Part shown: positions 49,035-59,559 of the stretch, one piece after another | How positions within the stretch are numbered: position 1 is the stretch's first letter | Layout: each line of letters starts with the position of its first letter | Assembly (NCBI GenBank): GCA_013166775.1 | Contig: JABLTJ010000014.1 | Span: forward strand, 61,361-125,360 | Length of the DNA: 64,000 nucleotides | Source of the DNA: Promethearchaeati archaeon | Lineage (GTDB): Archaea > Asgardarchaeota > Heimdallarchaeia > Heimdallarchaeales > Heimdallarchaeaceae | Reading direction: 5' to 3' | The notes under the pieces: model-generated | Database searches by the model: none | What the model saw: the letters and a program-made list of their open reading frames with translations, nothing else | Told to the model about the DNA's origin: nothing | Made by a program: the position numbers and the translations under genes

Positions 49035-50153
49035 ATGGTATTTGCTCTAATACCTGATGTTTTATTGATTATAGAGACTGCTCTATTCTTCAGTTTCTCA
49101 ATTTTTGCATTTATTAGAGCATATATCATTACTAGAAATATCTCGTACTTTCATTTTATTGTTGGATTGTTTCTATCCTTAGCTGGATATATTTTTGCGA
49201 GTATTCCAGGATATTTTGTTCCAGAGGATAATAGATTCAATGTAGTTCTATTATTTATTATCCTCACTAACGTTTTCATAGTTTTAGCATTTCTATTATT
49301 CACTATCACATTCATAATGATACGAGAAGATAAATTACCAATTTTTGCTCATTTAATTGCTTTAGTAATAGGAGCTACAATAATATTAATCACAGATTTA
49401 GATGAATCCAAAGTGTATTACGACTACACTGCATCATTCTGGAAGGTGGATTATAGTAATCCAGTATTGTTAGGAATTGCTTCAGTAGGGATAGTTATTT
49501 TTCTTGTTTATTTTACTCTCTATCTGATTATTAAGTTCAATAAGTTCAAGAATACAAAACAAGTTGATCTTAGTTTTGTTGGATTTGCTATTTTGGCATT
49601 ATGGATGGTAACTTTCAATGTGAATGTGCTGAAGGTAGCTAGATTATTTTTCTTTCCCCTTGGAATTCTTTTATTTGGTATAGCAGTAATTATAGATCCT
49701 TTAAACTTTTTAACAACAAAAAGAATTCCAGATGAAATTATATTATTATCACGATTTGATCAACCAATTATAAAGTACAATTTCAAAGAAAAGAAAATTG
49801 AACGAGACCTTGAAGAAATTAAATTGTTCATTGCTAGCGGGAAAATCATCTCTGAAAGCATGAATTCTTACGAGAAACCAAAAGATCTGAAATTGAAGAA
49901 TATAGAGATTAGATATATCGATCTAAAAGGGTATCAATTAATTTCTATTGGAACAGAAATTGATAGAAACGCAATCGCTGCTCTTTATACAGCATTCAGA
50001 AAATTTAGAAAACTGACAGGTTTGGATTATTTTGGTGCATCAACAGTTTTAAGTGATTCAGATGAGACTGCATTTGTTGAAGTATTTACAAAATATCTAA
50101 GATGTATTAATGCAACAAAGAAAAATGAAGTTAAGAAAAAGAAAAGAGATTAG
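49035..50153 (+). CDS. seven-TM membrane protein with C-terminal cytoplasmic longin-like domain
   Basis: Seven hydrophobic helices ending at IIDP, then EIILLSRFDQPIIKYNF...KIISESM...YQLISIG...LYTAFRKF. Confidence 0.65.
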   Translation: MVFALIPDVLLIIETALFFSFSIFAFIRAYIITRNISYFHFIVGLFLSLAGYIFASIPGYFVPEDNRFNVVLLFIILTNVFIVLAFLLFTITFIMIREDKLPIFAHLIALVIGATIILITDLDESKVYYDYTASFWKVDYSNPVLLGIASVGIVIFLVYFTLYLIIKFNKFKNTKQVDLSFVGFAILALWMVTFNVNVLKVARLFFFPLGILLFGIAVIIDPLNFLTTKRIPDEIILLSRFDQPIIKYNFKEKKIERDLEEIKLFIASGKIISESMNSYEKPKDLKLKNIEIRYIDLKGYQLISIGTEIDRNAIAALYTAFRKFRKLTGLDYFGASTVLSDSDETAFVEVFTKYLRCINATKKNEVKKKKRD

Positions 50154-50169
50154 CTTCAGGTTTTATCTT

Positions 50170-52971
50170 TTAACATGCTAAGTAATCATATTCTTCTACG
50201 TCTGGAAAACCATATTTCTTACGCACAATGAATTTTCTTACTTCTTCAATGAGTGCAATTGGACTTGCTGTTGCAAAGATTATTCCCCAACCTACTCCAG
50301 AAATATTCACTGTTTGGAGGAATGGTTGAAGGAATGGTGTATAGATGGATAAGATGAGTAGGATAAATCCTACAAATATTGCACCAAATAAAGCTCTGTT
50401 ACGAAGAATTTTTTTGGAAAATATGGAGCGGTTTATGCTTGTGGATAGTGAATTCAAAAGCTGATAAATTACAAGAGCTGCAAAAACCATTGTACGAGCT
50501 AGAACAACAGTTTCTTCAGATGTATCAGCTCCCCAATCTGTGATCCAGAAGAAAATGATCATAGTACCAATACCATAGAGTAAACCTGTTAGAAAAACTT
50601 TGAAAAGCATCTCTCGATCAAGTAAAGGCTCATCGGGATTCCTAGGGGGACGCTTCATAACATTAGTCTCTGGAGCACTAACACCTAACGCTAGTGCGGG
50701 TAAAGTATCTGTTACAAGATTGATGTATAGTAATTGGATAGCGACTATTGGTAAAAGGATTTCATCACGAATGAAGATGAAAGAAAGAATTAAACCAAAG
50801 AGAACAGTAAGTATTTCTCCAGCATTAGCTGAAAGAAGATAAGCGATAAATTTCTTCATGTTATCATAAATTATTCTCCCTTCGTAAACCGATTCAATAA
50901 TATTAGCAAAATTATCATCAACAAGAACCATGTCACTAGCTTCCTTGGCAACATCAGTACCAGAAATGCCCATAGAAACTCCCACATCAGCTCGTTTTAG
51001 GGCTGGAGCATCATTAACTCCATCACCAGTCATAATCACAATTTCATGATTCTTCTTTAATGCTTCAACGATTCTTAATTTATGTGATGGGTTTACTCTT
51101 GCAAAGATTTCTGTTTCATCCACTTTTGCCTCTAATTCTTCATCACTCATTTCATCTAGTTCTTTCCCTGTAAAAGGTACCATATCTTTACATAGAGTAA
51201 TAGATTTTCCAATCGCTTTTGCAGTTTCCATGTGATCTCCTGTAATCATCATCACTTTGATACCTGCAGATCTCGCTCTTTCTATTGCTGGTCTTGATTG
51301 ATCTCTTGGTGGGTCTAACATCGCAACAAAACCTAAGAAAACTAAATTTCTCTCAACTAAATCACTATTTTTTGAGAGAATTAACTCTTCTGCTTCTTTA
51401 TTATTTAGATCTTTGTATGTTAAAGCTAAAATTCTGTATGCAAATTTAGAGGAATATTGACTACTTAAATCTAGTAATTTTTCTCTTTCAGTATCATCGA
51501 GTTCTATAATATTATTATTAATTTCTTTGTGGGTGCATAAATCCAATAAAATATCTATAGCTCCCTTAGCTAAAATCCTATAGTTTTTTGTTTCTTTATT
51601 TTGAATGATTACACTCATTCTTTTCCTATTACTGTCAAAAGGGAAAAGATATTTGATTTCATGATTCTCAATAATATCTTCCCTCAGCTTACTTTTCTCT
51701 GCTAGTATCAGAAGTGATGCTTCTGTTGGATCGCCAAATATTTCAAAGTATTCTCCATCCTCTTTGAGCTCTATTGCTGCTTCATTAGCTAAGGTGCAGA
51801 CTTCAATTGCTTTTGCAATATTATCTTCCCTTTCAAGCTCAATTTGATTTCCTGTATGCGGATCGATAATTTCTCCGTCTCTGATATATCCTGTCCCACT
51901 TATATCATAGATTTCATCACTCACCCATAGTTTCTCTACTGTCATCTCATTTTTAGTTAATGTTCCAGTTTTATCTGTACAGATAATTGTTGCTGAACCA
52001 AGTACTTCTACAGCGGGAAGTTTCCTGATTAGAGATCTCTTTTTAGCCATTCTTGTTATTCCAATAGCAAGTGTTAGAGTTAGGACCGCTGGCAATCCTT
52101 CTGGAACAGCTGCAACAGCAAGTCCAATTGAGAAGATGAATAAATCACTAATGGATTCATTCCTCATCAAGATTGAGCCAAGAACTAATATGAGAACTGA
52201 TAGAATTATAATTCCAATTGTCAGCTGTTTAGCTAATTTAGCTAATTTCTTTTGGATAGGTGTATCTTCTGATTTTATTTCCATCAGAGAGGAAGCTATC
52301 TTTCCTAACTCTGTTTCCAAACCAGTCGCTACAACGATAGCTAATCCTGAACCATTTACTACAGTTGTTCCTTTATACAGCATATTTATTCTATCAGCTA
52401 GAGCAGATGAATCAGCTAATACTTCATTATCTTTTCTTACTGGAACAGATTCTCCTGTGAGTATACTTTCTAGTGTCCTTACTTCATAACCTTCGATTAT
52501 ACGAAGATCAGCTGCAACTGTATCACCTGATTCAATAACTACGATATCTCCAGGAACAAGAAACTCAGCTTTGATCATTGTTTTCTGATTATCTCTAACT
52601 GCTATTACTTCACTAACAGCTAAGCTTCTCAGAGCCGTAATAGCTTTTTCTGCGGAATATTCTTGATAAAATCCCAAAAGAGCATTAAGGGCAACTACAA
52701 TAAAAATTGCCACTATCTCTACTATTGATCCTTTATCTTGTTCAATTATTCCAATAATAGCTGTAATAATTCCTGCTGCTACAAGTATTAGTACAAGTAA
52801 ATCTTTGAATTGATTGAGGAGTATTTTCCATGGAGAAACTGCACCCTTAGAAGGGATTTCGTTTTTACCATAGAAATTTAACCTTTTCTCAGCTTCTTCT
52901 GAACTGATTCCTCTAAAGTTAGAGTCAATTTTATCATAGATTTCATCTATTGATAGAGAATGAGCATCCAT
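50170..52971 (-). CDS. P-type cation-transporting ATPase, P2A (Ca2+, SERCA-like)
   Basis: LTGES, AVPEGL, DKTGTLT, KGA, TGD, GDGVND, SANAGE, INLVTD. Confidence 0.95.
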   Translation of the reverse strand: MDAHSLSIDEIYDKIDSNFRGISSEEAEKRLNFYGKNEIPSKGAVSPWKILLNQFKDLLVLILVAAGIITAIIGIIEQDKGSIVEIVAIFIVVALNALLGFYQEYSAEKAITALRSLAVSEVIAVRDNQKTMIKAEFLVPGDIVVIESGDTVAADLRIIEGYEVRTLESILTGESVPVRKDNEVLADSSALADRINMLYKGTTVVNGSGLAIVVATGLETELGKIASSLMEIKSEDTPIQKKLAKLAKQLTIGIIILSVLILVLGSILMRNESISDLFIFSIGLAVAAVPEGLPAVLTLTLAIGITRMAKKRSLIRKLPAVEVLGSATIICTDKTGTLTKNEMTVEKLWVSDEIYDISGTGYIRDGEIIDPHTGNQIELEREDNIAKAIEVCTLANEAAIELKEDGEYFEIFGDPTEASLLILAEKSKLREDIIENHEIKYLFPFDSNRKRMSVIIQNKETKNYRILAKGAIDILLDLCTHKEINNNIIELDDTEREKLLDLSSQYSSKFAYRILALTYKDLNNKEAEELILSKNSDLVERNLVFLGFVAMLDPPRDQSRPAIERARSAGIKVMMITGDHMETAKAIGKSITLCKDMVPFTGKELDEMSDEELEAKVDETEIFARVNPSHKLRIVEALKKNHEIVIMTGDGVNDAPALKRADVGVSMGISGTDVAKEASDMVLVDDNFANIIESVYEGRIIYDNMKKFIAYLLSANAGEILTVLFGLILSFIFIRDEILLPIVAIQLLYINLVTDTLPALALGVSAPETNVMKRPPRNPDEPLLDREMLFKVFLTGLLYGIGTMIIFFWITDWGADTSEETVVLARTMVFAALVIYQLLNSLSTSINRSIFSKKILRNRALFGAIFVGFILLILSIYTPFLQPFLQTVNISGVGWGIIFATASPIALIEEVRKFIVRKKYGFPDVEEYDYLAC

Positions 52972-53079
52972 AGTAGTCGCAATAAAAGACTCGTATCCCT
53001 TTTAATCTCTTATGCTTTTTCAAAAATTACCAATCTAGAGTTAAAACTTATATTCTTCCTCTAGTTAAATTAAAACTCA

Positions 53080-54351
53080 GTGACTTCTAAAACACCTATA
53101 AAAGAGAAATCAACCATTTATGACGTTTGTATCATTGGAGCTGGCCCTGGAGGTTCTTCAACTGCATACTACCTAGCTAAACAAGGTAAGAATGTAATTC
53201 TGTTGGAAAAAGAGAAATTCCCAAGACGGAAGATATGCGGTGATGCTGTTTCTCAAAGAGCACAAATGCATCTAGAGAGAATGGGAGTTCTTCAAGAAAT
53301 TCTTGAAGAGAAGAAAGGCAGATGGGCAGCTGTAGGAGGATTAGTTAGTCCAAGAAGGATTGAATATATAGGTAATTCAGCTGAAGAGATTGGTAGTCAT
53401 TTGATGATTTCCATCAAAAGAGAGATTCTTGACGAAAAAATAGCTCAAGCTGCAGTTAGAGAAGGAGCTGAAATGATCGAAGAGTACAATGTCAAAAGCG
53501 TTAAGTTTTCTGAGAAGATGAAGGAATGGACTGTAAAAGCTTTTGATGAAGAAAAAGGGGATGTTAAAGCTAAAGTGCTTGTTGCAGCTGATGGAGCAGT
53601 TTCAAAAATTGCGAGATCTGTTGGAGTAATTGATACTCCTCCTGATGCTGTTTGCAGTAGTGTTTATGTTGAAGCTGGTACTCATGCTTTTGAGGAAGAT
53701 GGAGTTTGTATCTATACTCGTTTTCTAGTCCCTGGTTATGCAGCTATTTTCAAGGAAGCTGATGATGATTTAGTATTTTGTTGTTATATTATTCCAGGAG
53801 GTTTTGCAAAAACAACTAATCTACAAAATATGCATATCAATCTTTTGCAGGGAGATCCATATGTAGTTAGGGCATTGGGTCCCAATGCTAAGATCGAGAA
53901 AATCAAATCTGCCCCTCTAAGACTAGGAGGAGTGAAGAAAAGTTACTCAGACCACTTTTTAGTTGTAGGAGATGCAGCAGGACATATAGATCCTTTGACA
54001 GGTGAGGGAATACAATATGCGATGGATGCTGGGGAGATAGCAGCTGATATCTTAAAAGATGCTTTCGAGCAAGGAGACTTTGGAAATGGAACTCTAAAGA
54101 ATTATCAAAAACTTTGGATGAAATCCTTTGGAAAAGATTTCAAATGGTCTGCAAGAATGGTGAAAGTTCTAGCAAGAATTCCTATTTTTCTAGATGCTTT
54201 TGCTTATCTTTGTAAGAAGAAAGGACCAAAATATCTGATAAGGTGGGCAAAGATTATGACTGGTTCTCAACCTAAATTAACTTTCTTCTTACCAAATCTA
54301 GCTTTTCCTTTATTATTTGCTGCTATTCGACTATCTTTGAAACAAAAATAG
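53080..54351 (+). CDS. geranylgeranyl reductase family FAD-dependent oxidoreductase
   Basis: IGAGPGG, FPRRKICGDA, AADG, GDAAGHIDPLTGEGI. Confidence 0.9.
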   Translation: MTSKTPIKEKSTIYDVCIIGAGPGGSSTAYYLAKQGKNVILLEKEKFPRRKICGDAVSQRAQMHLERMGVLQEILEEKKGRWAAVGGLVSPRRIEYIGNSAEEIGSHLMISIKREILDEKIAQAAVREGAEMIEEYNVKSVKFSEKMKEWTVKAFDEEKGDVKAKVLVAADGAVSKIARSVGVIDTPPDAVCSSVYVEAGTHAFEEDGVCIYTRFLVPGYAAIFKEADDDLVFCCYIIPGGFAKTTNLQNMHINLLQGDPYVVRALGPNAKIEKIKSAPLRLGGVKKSYSDHFLVVGDAAGHIDPLTGEGIQYAMDAGEIAADILKDAFEQGDFGNGTLKNYQKLWMKSFGKDFKWSARMVKVLARIPIFLDAFAYLCKKKGPKYLIRWAKIMTGSQPKLTFFLPNLAFPLLFAAIRLSLKQK

Positions 54352-54362
54352 GAAAGAGAAGT

Positions 54363-55976
54363 TTATCTCTTTCTCCTAAAAGCGAAAACTACCGTGGAAA
54401 GACAGACAACTACTGCGACAATCGATGAAGATATAGTTGTAGTTTTAGGAATTACAGTAACAAGGATAGTATCTTCTGCTTTATTACCATAAGCATCATT
54501 TACAACAATAGTATAATCATAGTCACCAATAGCAAGAAGATCAACATTTAGTACAATAGTTTCATGAGTAGACTCACTTGTATTGGAATCAACTAAGATA
54601 TCATTTCTATAGATTGAATAATTGTCTGGATAACTTTCATTAATTGTCCAATTAATATAATTTCCAAGAGAACCTTCAAAATATGTTAAAGTTTCACTAC
54701 CAAATATAGAAGGTGACACTTTATCTCCTATTATCTGTAAATTCAAGTTATAATTGAGCCTATCTATGAAGTCTGAGATCCACAATTTATGCTTATTATC
54801 TAATGTAATTGCACATGGATTGTTGATAGGTATATCAAATGAATCTACAATACTTCCATTAAATGGTGAGATTTGATAGACTTGATTTAGCGAATCATTA
54901 CAGAGTAAAATATATCCAGCATCATAGTCTAATCCAACCATACCTAAACCAGGTACTGAAAGAGTTCTTTGAAGTTCACCCGTTTCTTTGTCAATCTCGT
55001 ATAAATTATCATTTAAATGATCTCCTACCCAGAAATCATTACCATCAAATGTTAAACCTCCAATGGAAGAAACTTCCATTGTTAGACTATCAACAAGATT
55101 AAAAGAAGTATCATATTTATAGAGAGTTGGACTACCAAATTCAGATATCCAAAAATGAGAACCATCAAAAGTTATACCTGAAGGATTGAATATATCGATA
55201 CTCCAATTATTCAGAGCTAATCCTGTCATAGGATCATATTGGAAAATTCTCTTTTGATACCAACTCCCACCAGCTACTAGACTCCATAAAGAATCATCGT
55301 TCCAGACTAATCCTCTTGGAAGAGAAATTTCTGAGGGAAAGACAGTTTTAATATTATCAGTTATTAAATCATTTTTAGAAACATTATTGAAGATTTTTAG
55401 CTCTCTAAACCAGCATTCTCTTTGCCAATTAGCATCGTGCCCATCTCCATATCCTAAGAAGATTATTATGTCATTCATATCATTAAAGAGATGAGTAAAT
55501 TCAAAAAATATGAAACCAGAATCTAAAGTTCCAGTTCGCCATTTATCCCAGAAATAGATTTGTTCTTTTGTTATATTGTTGTAAATTATCATCTCAAATC
55601 CTATAGAATCTACATGATCTCCTATAGCTCTTGCTTCAAATTCAACATGGATTCCATCTCCCAGAAGAGGTACATTTGCGTATGCACCTACGTTTACTTC
55701 AAAAGTTCCTGTGGTTTCCGCAAAATGCATAACTGTATCATTAATATCATATGAATATCCACTCCCAGGAAGATAAGTCAAAGGTACAGTTGGACCTCTA
55801 GGTTGCTGACCGACCGTCCAGTTTAAATCTGCAATTGTAAAATAAGAAGAACTATATTCTCCTATGCTATTCTCTGAAAAAATTTCAGTTTGAGTAACAG
55901 TAGTCGCGTTTTTTGGAACTGTAAACAAACTGAAGGACAAGATCAATGTAATTGCGATTATTTTTTTATTTTCCAT
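54363..55976 (-). CDS. secreted protein with beta-propeller and Ig-like domains and C-terminal TM/basic sorting tail
   Basis: Signal peptide; repeats PSGITFDGSHFW and GGLTFDGNDFW; YTIVVNDAYGN; tail VAVVVCLSTVVFAFRRKR. Confidence 0.8.
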   Translation of the reverse strand: MENKKIIAITLILSFSLFTVPKNATTVTQTEIFSENSIGEYSSSYFTIADLNWTVGQQPRGPTVPLTYLPGSGYSYDINDTVMHFAETTGTFEVNVGAYANVPLLGDGIHVEFEARAIGDHVDSIGFEMIIYNNITKEQIYFWDKWRTGTLDSGFIFFEFTHLFNDMNDIIIFLGYGDGHDANWQRECWFRELKIFNNVSKNDLITDNIKTVFPSEISLPRGLVWNDDSLWSLVAGGSWYQKRIFQYDPMTGLALNNWSIDIFNPSGITFDGSHFWISEFGSPTLYKYDTSFNLVDSLTMEVSSIGGLTFDGNDFWVGDHLNDNLYEIDKETGELQRTLSVPGLGMVGLDYDAGYILLCNDSLNQVYQISPFNGSIVDSFDIPINNPCAITLDNKHKLWISDFIDRLNYNLNLQIIGDKVSPSIFGSETLTYFEGSLGNYINWTINESYPDNYSIYRNDILVDSNTSESTHETIVLNVDLLAIGDYDYTIVVNDAYGNKAEDTILVTVIPKTTTISSSIVAVVVCLSTVVFAFRRKR

Positions 55977-56095
55977 TTCATAACCTTTTAAAGACAAACA
56001 CAATTTAGGGGAATCATAATTATTTATATTTTTTGGAGAGTAAATAGCTTTGGTATTTTATCGTTCACTTTTACCATGTTTATAATGAAACATTG

Positions 56096-56596
56096 CTAAG
56101 AATCTTCTGATAATGGAATTTTTCTTGCTTTGATCCATTCAGGAATTACCTCGATAAGTACTCGAGTTTTTACTTCCTCCATAACAAATTTGAATACTTT
56201 TTCTCTAGTTTTTTTATCTAAGAAGTATTTAAGGAAAATTATCATTAGAATTTCCTCAAATTCTTCAAATTCGTTCTTTCTTCTAATCAATGCTTTTCCA
56301 CCAAAACTGATATATGGAATTTCATTTTCAGAGTAATCCGGATATTGGGATGGATCTGTAACAGAGATTCCTATTTTATCATTTCCTTTTTCAATTGACT
56401 TAGTTTTAGCCAAATAATCATCTGATTGAAAGAAATATCTTCCTCTATGAAAAATCCCCCAAACTGGGCACATGTGAGGAATTCCGCTATAAGGTGAAAC
56501 AAATGCAATCGTAGTAATATTTTCTCTTTTGTTAATATACTCAATTATCTCTTCATCTTCTAAGTCAGGTTTGTTAAACGAAAAATTTTCAGACAT
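56096..56596 (-). CDS. pyridoxamine 5'-phosphate oxidase-like split-barrel protein
   Basis: GIPHMCPVWG, KTKSI, GKA, RVLIEVIP. Confidence 0.8.
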   Translation of the reverse strand: MSENFSFNKPDLEDEEIIEYINKRENITTIAFVSPYSGIPHMCPVWGIFHRGRYFFQSDDYLAKTKSIEKGNDKIGISVTDPSQYPDYSENEIPYISFGGKALIRRKNEFEEFEEILMIIFLKYFLDKKTREKVFKFVMEEVKTRVLIEVIPEWIKARKIPLSEDS

Positions 56597-56616
56597 TTTT
56601 AATCCTCTTTTGATTT

Positions 56617-57297
56617 TTATATTTCTTCTATATTCTCTTGGAGAACACTGAATAAATCTCCTAGTTGATTTACATGTTCAGGATGAATTGAAACAATATT
56701 CTTAAGAAATTCAAATAATAGACTCAAATTCAGATTCTCCTTTTCTATTATTTCTTCATGATCAATTAACCACTTACCAAGAATTTGGTAGTTTTCTTTC
56801 TTTTTGTCACTGTATTGCTTTCCTATATCTGTAAGATTTTTTGGAACTTTAATACTAGCAAACTTAGCTAATTTTTCAAACTCTTTAAATTGCAGTTTAT
56901 AATTCTCACATTCTTCATCAATGTTGTATAAAATTAAATGACGGGAAATTCTTCCATAGTACTTTGTTTTATTACGTCCATGAGGTCCTTCATTTAATGT
57001 AACGACAACCTTAATCAAACCTAAATCGGATAGGATATCCAAATGAAAATATAAAGCAGTAATATTAGGAGTTTTATCGTATGATTTTTTAAGCTGATCT
57101 CTAATCTCTCTCACGTTTAGTGCATAGCGATTATTAAACTTACCATCAGGTGATTTTTCCTTAATCCCTTCTTTCAATAATTTTACAATTTGTCTTCTAA
57201 TAGGATGAGAAAAGTATTTCTCTTTGGGAAGCTCTTTGAAAATAAAGGAAGGAATATCTTTCCGATAATCAAAGAGAATTTGTCTGTTTTTTACCAT
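56617..57297 (-). CDS. ArsR-like winged-helix transcriptional regulator
   Basis: HPIRRQIVKLL, LNVREI, ALYFHLDILSDLGLI, TKYYGR. Confidence 0.85.
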   Translation of the reverse strand: MVKNRQILFDYRKDIPSFIFKELPKEKYFSHPIRRQIVKLLKEGIKEKSPDGKFNNRYALNVREIRDQLKKSYDKTPNITALYFHLDILSDLGLIKVVVTLNEGPHGRNKTKYYGRISRHLILYNIDEECENYKLQFKEFEKLAKFASIKVPKNLTDIGKQYSDKKKENYQILGKWLIDHEEIIEKENLNLSLLFEFLKNIVSIHPEHVNQLGDLFSVLQENIEEI

Positions 57298-57334
57298 TGG
57301 TTTTCATGCCTTATGGAATGAGTTGTTTTTGGAC

Positions 57335-58159
57335 TTATTTGATTAGATTTTGGAAAGCTTGGGATATCATATTTTTAGGTTCTGAAGTATCTCCAACAAT
57401 GTTTATTCTTTTTATATCTATCTCCCCAAGTCCTCTTTTTGCAGCTTCTTGAAGAATTGGCATTTCTGTTGGCTCAAAACCAACCAAATAAGCTCCTACA
57501 GCTTCAACAGCAAACGCATCCTTTCCAACAACAAGAATCTTTGGAGATGTTGTGGTCCTCTCAGTCTCTCTTCCTAAATATACTTGAGTTCCATCAAGAA
57601 TTGCTAAATCAATACCACCTATTGCTTCATACATGTCTAAAAGTGCATTGGGTAGTTTTTTGTGGAATCGGAATTTCTTTGTGTCAGGGATTAAACCAAG
57701 TAAATTCTTAATAATAGAACCCATATTCATCATATCCTCATCACCTGTATTCTCGTATCGTCTTGGTACATGAGTACTAATGAATACATTTGGTTTGAAA
57801 AGAACATGCGACAAAGGATTGACTTCTCCAGCTACATTAACATCTCTAGTGATCTCATCATTTGAAAGATTAAAAGGTGTAATTCGATTATTGTAACAAG
57901 CTTCCCAAATTTTCAAGCGATCAAGCCCTAGACCTGCACCACTATCTGATTCTACTACTTTGATATCTAATGCTTTGTTAAAAGATTTGATAATAGAATT
58001 CAGAGTTTTAACAGTTGTACAAATTTTAGTTTCTGTATTGTAAATACCTACTTTGATAGTGAGGTTTTTATCAGGTAAGTTAAGGTCATTAATTCCTCCT
58101 ATAATGTTAAGAGCTTCAGAGTATGAGTCAATATCTACAATTGCAACAGTTGGTTTCAT
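57335..58159 (-). CDS. DUF362 family protein
   Basis: VVESD, IKNLLGLIP, LAILDG, DAFAVE, AAKRGLG; GGAG RBS before MKPT. Confidence 0.85.
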   Translation of the reverse strand: MKPTVAIVDIDSYSEALNIIGGINDLNLPDKNLTIKVGIYNTETKICTTVKTLNSIIKSFNKALDIKVVESDSGAGLGLDRLKIWEACYNNRITPFNLSNDEITRDVNVAGEVNPLSHVLFKPNVFISTHVPRRYENTGDEDMMNMGSIIKNLLGLIPDTKKFRFHKKLPNALLDMYEAIGGIDLAILDGTQVYLGRETERTTTSPKILVVGKDAFAVEAVGAYLVGFEPTEMPILQEAAKRGLGEIDIKRINIVGDTSEPKNMISQAFQNLIK

Positions 58160-58345
58160 TAAATTAATCTCCAAGTGGTCTATTGTGAAATTTTACTTTT
58201 CAAGTTATAATTGAAACGTCAAACACTTAAAAGAGTTTTGTTTACTGAGGTAGAAAGAAGTTTCCTTTGTCTATTGATTTTTGTCGAATTTTTTTACCTA
58301 GTTTATAAAGCAATTTACTCTATTCATGGTTAGGTGAATATAAAC

Positions 58346-59500
58346 ATGGCGTCTACATCCACTGCGAAAAGTTCTGTAGCAAACAAAATCGATCAGATTG
58401 ATTTCCTTGCAGAATGTGTGAATATAGCAATAGGAGAAGAAACAGGTTCTCCTTATTTGATCAAATTAGCAAAGGAAAAGGGGATAAACAAAGGTGACAT
58501 CAACGATTGGGTTGATTTAGCAGAAAAACTAGGACCAACAGATCCAAGCGTTTTCAGAGAATTTCCCGTGAATTATACAACAACTAAATGGGCACACGAG
58601 TTTTATGCAAAAACTCCTGGAGCTGAACTACAAGTAGCTGAAACAGGAGGAACAACCGGTCTACCAAAGAAGAACATTCTCTTGGCAAATACCACTAGAA
58701 TAGATTTCGATGATATGGACTACTTTGATTTAGAAACAGATACTTTCAATGTACTTGTAAAACTCTGTTTAGATAATATCAAAGATTTCGGAATCCCAAA
58801 AGATCTTACATATCTTGCAACTGTTCCTTCAGGACCTCATACTATCGGAAAATGGACTCTCAAGTCATTTGAGAGAGATATAGCTAAATCAGTTTTCATG
58901 ATTGATTTAGATCCTCGATTCGTCAAAGTAGCTATGATGACTGATCCCAAAATTGGTGGTCTTTACATGAAGCATATGCAAGATCAAGTTCAGCATTTGG
59001 TCAAGCAAGAGTTCCCCTTTATACAAGGATTATTCATTACTGGAGTCCTAATTGAAAAGATGTTTCCACTCCTTCAGAATCTTAGAGAAAAAGGTAATCT
59101 TCAAGCGATAGTACATGGAGGAACACCTTTATCCAATGAGACACTTAAAGTCCTAACTGAAGACATGGGGCTCCCAGTTTGCGGATTTTATGGCCAAAGC
59201 TTATTTGGTACAGCTTTCCAATCTCCAGATTTCGAAGGTTATCATATCGACTACTATCCTCATCCTCGTATGAATATGTTTGTTGTAGAAAATCCTGCTG
59301 ACATAACTTCCAGGGTCAACTATGGTGAACAAGGAACAGTTGTTTCTCAAAGGATTAGTCCTGAGACAGTTATTCCAGCTTTAGTTCAAACTGGTGATAT
59401 TGCTACTTTAATCAAACCTAAAGGAAAATTCGACTATTGTGACGGAGTTAGAGACCCTCATAGAGATCTTTCTCAAGGTCAACAAATGGGTGTCTACTAA
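58346..59500 (+). CDS. EhpF-like adenylate-forming enzyme (phenazine-modification / PaaK-like family)
   Basis: AETGGTTGLPK, PSGPHTIG, IDLDPRFVK, GGT, YGQSLFG, C-terminal GVY; AGGTGA RBS. Confidence 0.8.
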   Translation: MASTSTAKSSVANKIDQIDFLAECVNIAIGEETGSPYLIKLAKEKGINKGDINDWVDLAEKLGPTDPSVFREFPVNYTTTKWAHEFYAKTPGAELQVAETGGTTGLPKKNILLANTTRIDFDDMDYFDLETDTFNVLVKLCLDNIKDFGIPKDLTYLATVPSGPHTIGKWTLKSFERDIAKSVFMIDLDPRFVKVAMMTDPKIGGLYMKHMQDQVQHLVKQEFPFIQGLFITGVLIEKMFPLLQNLREKGNLQAIVHGGTPLSNETLKVLTEDMGLPVCGFYGQSLFGTAFQSPDFEGYHIDYYPHPRMNMFVVENPADITSRVNYGEQGTVVSQRISPETVIPALVQTGDIATLIKPKGKFDYCDGVRDPHRDLSQGQQMGVY

Positions 59501-59542
59501 AAAATACTTTAATCAACTGGGAGGTTGATTTTTCTTTCTTTT
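59493..59542 (+). repeat. copy 1 of repeated gene-end + hairpin/T-tract element (terminator of the EhpF-like gene)
   Basis: TCTACTAAAAAATACTTT-AATCAACT-GGGA-GGTTGATT-TTTCTTTCTTTT. Confidence 0.85.
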
Positions 59543-59559
59543 CTTTAATAAAATTCAGC

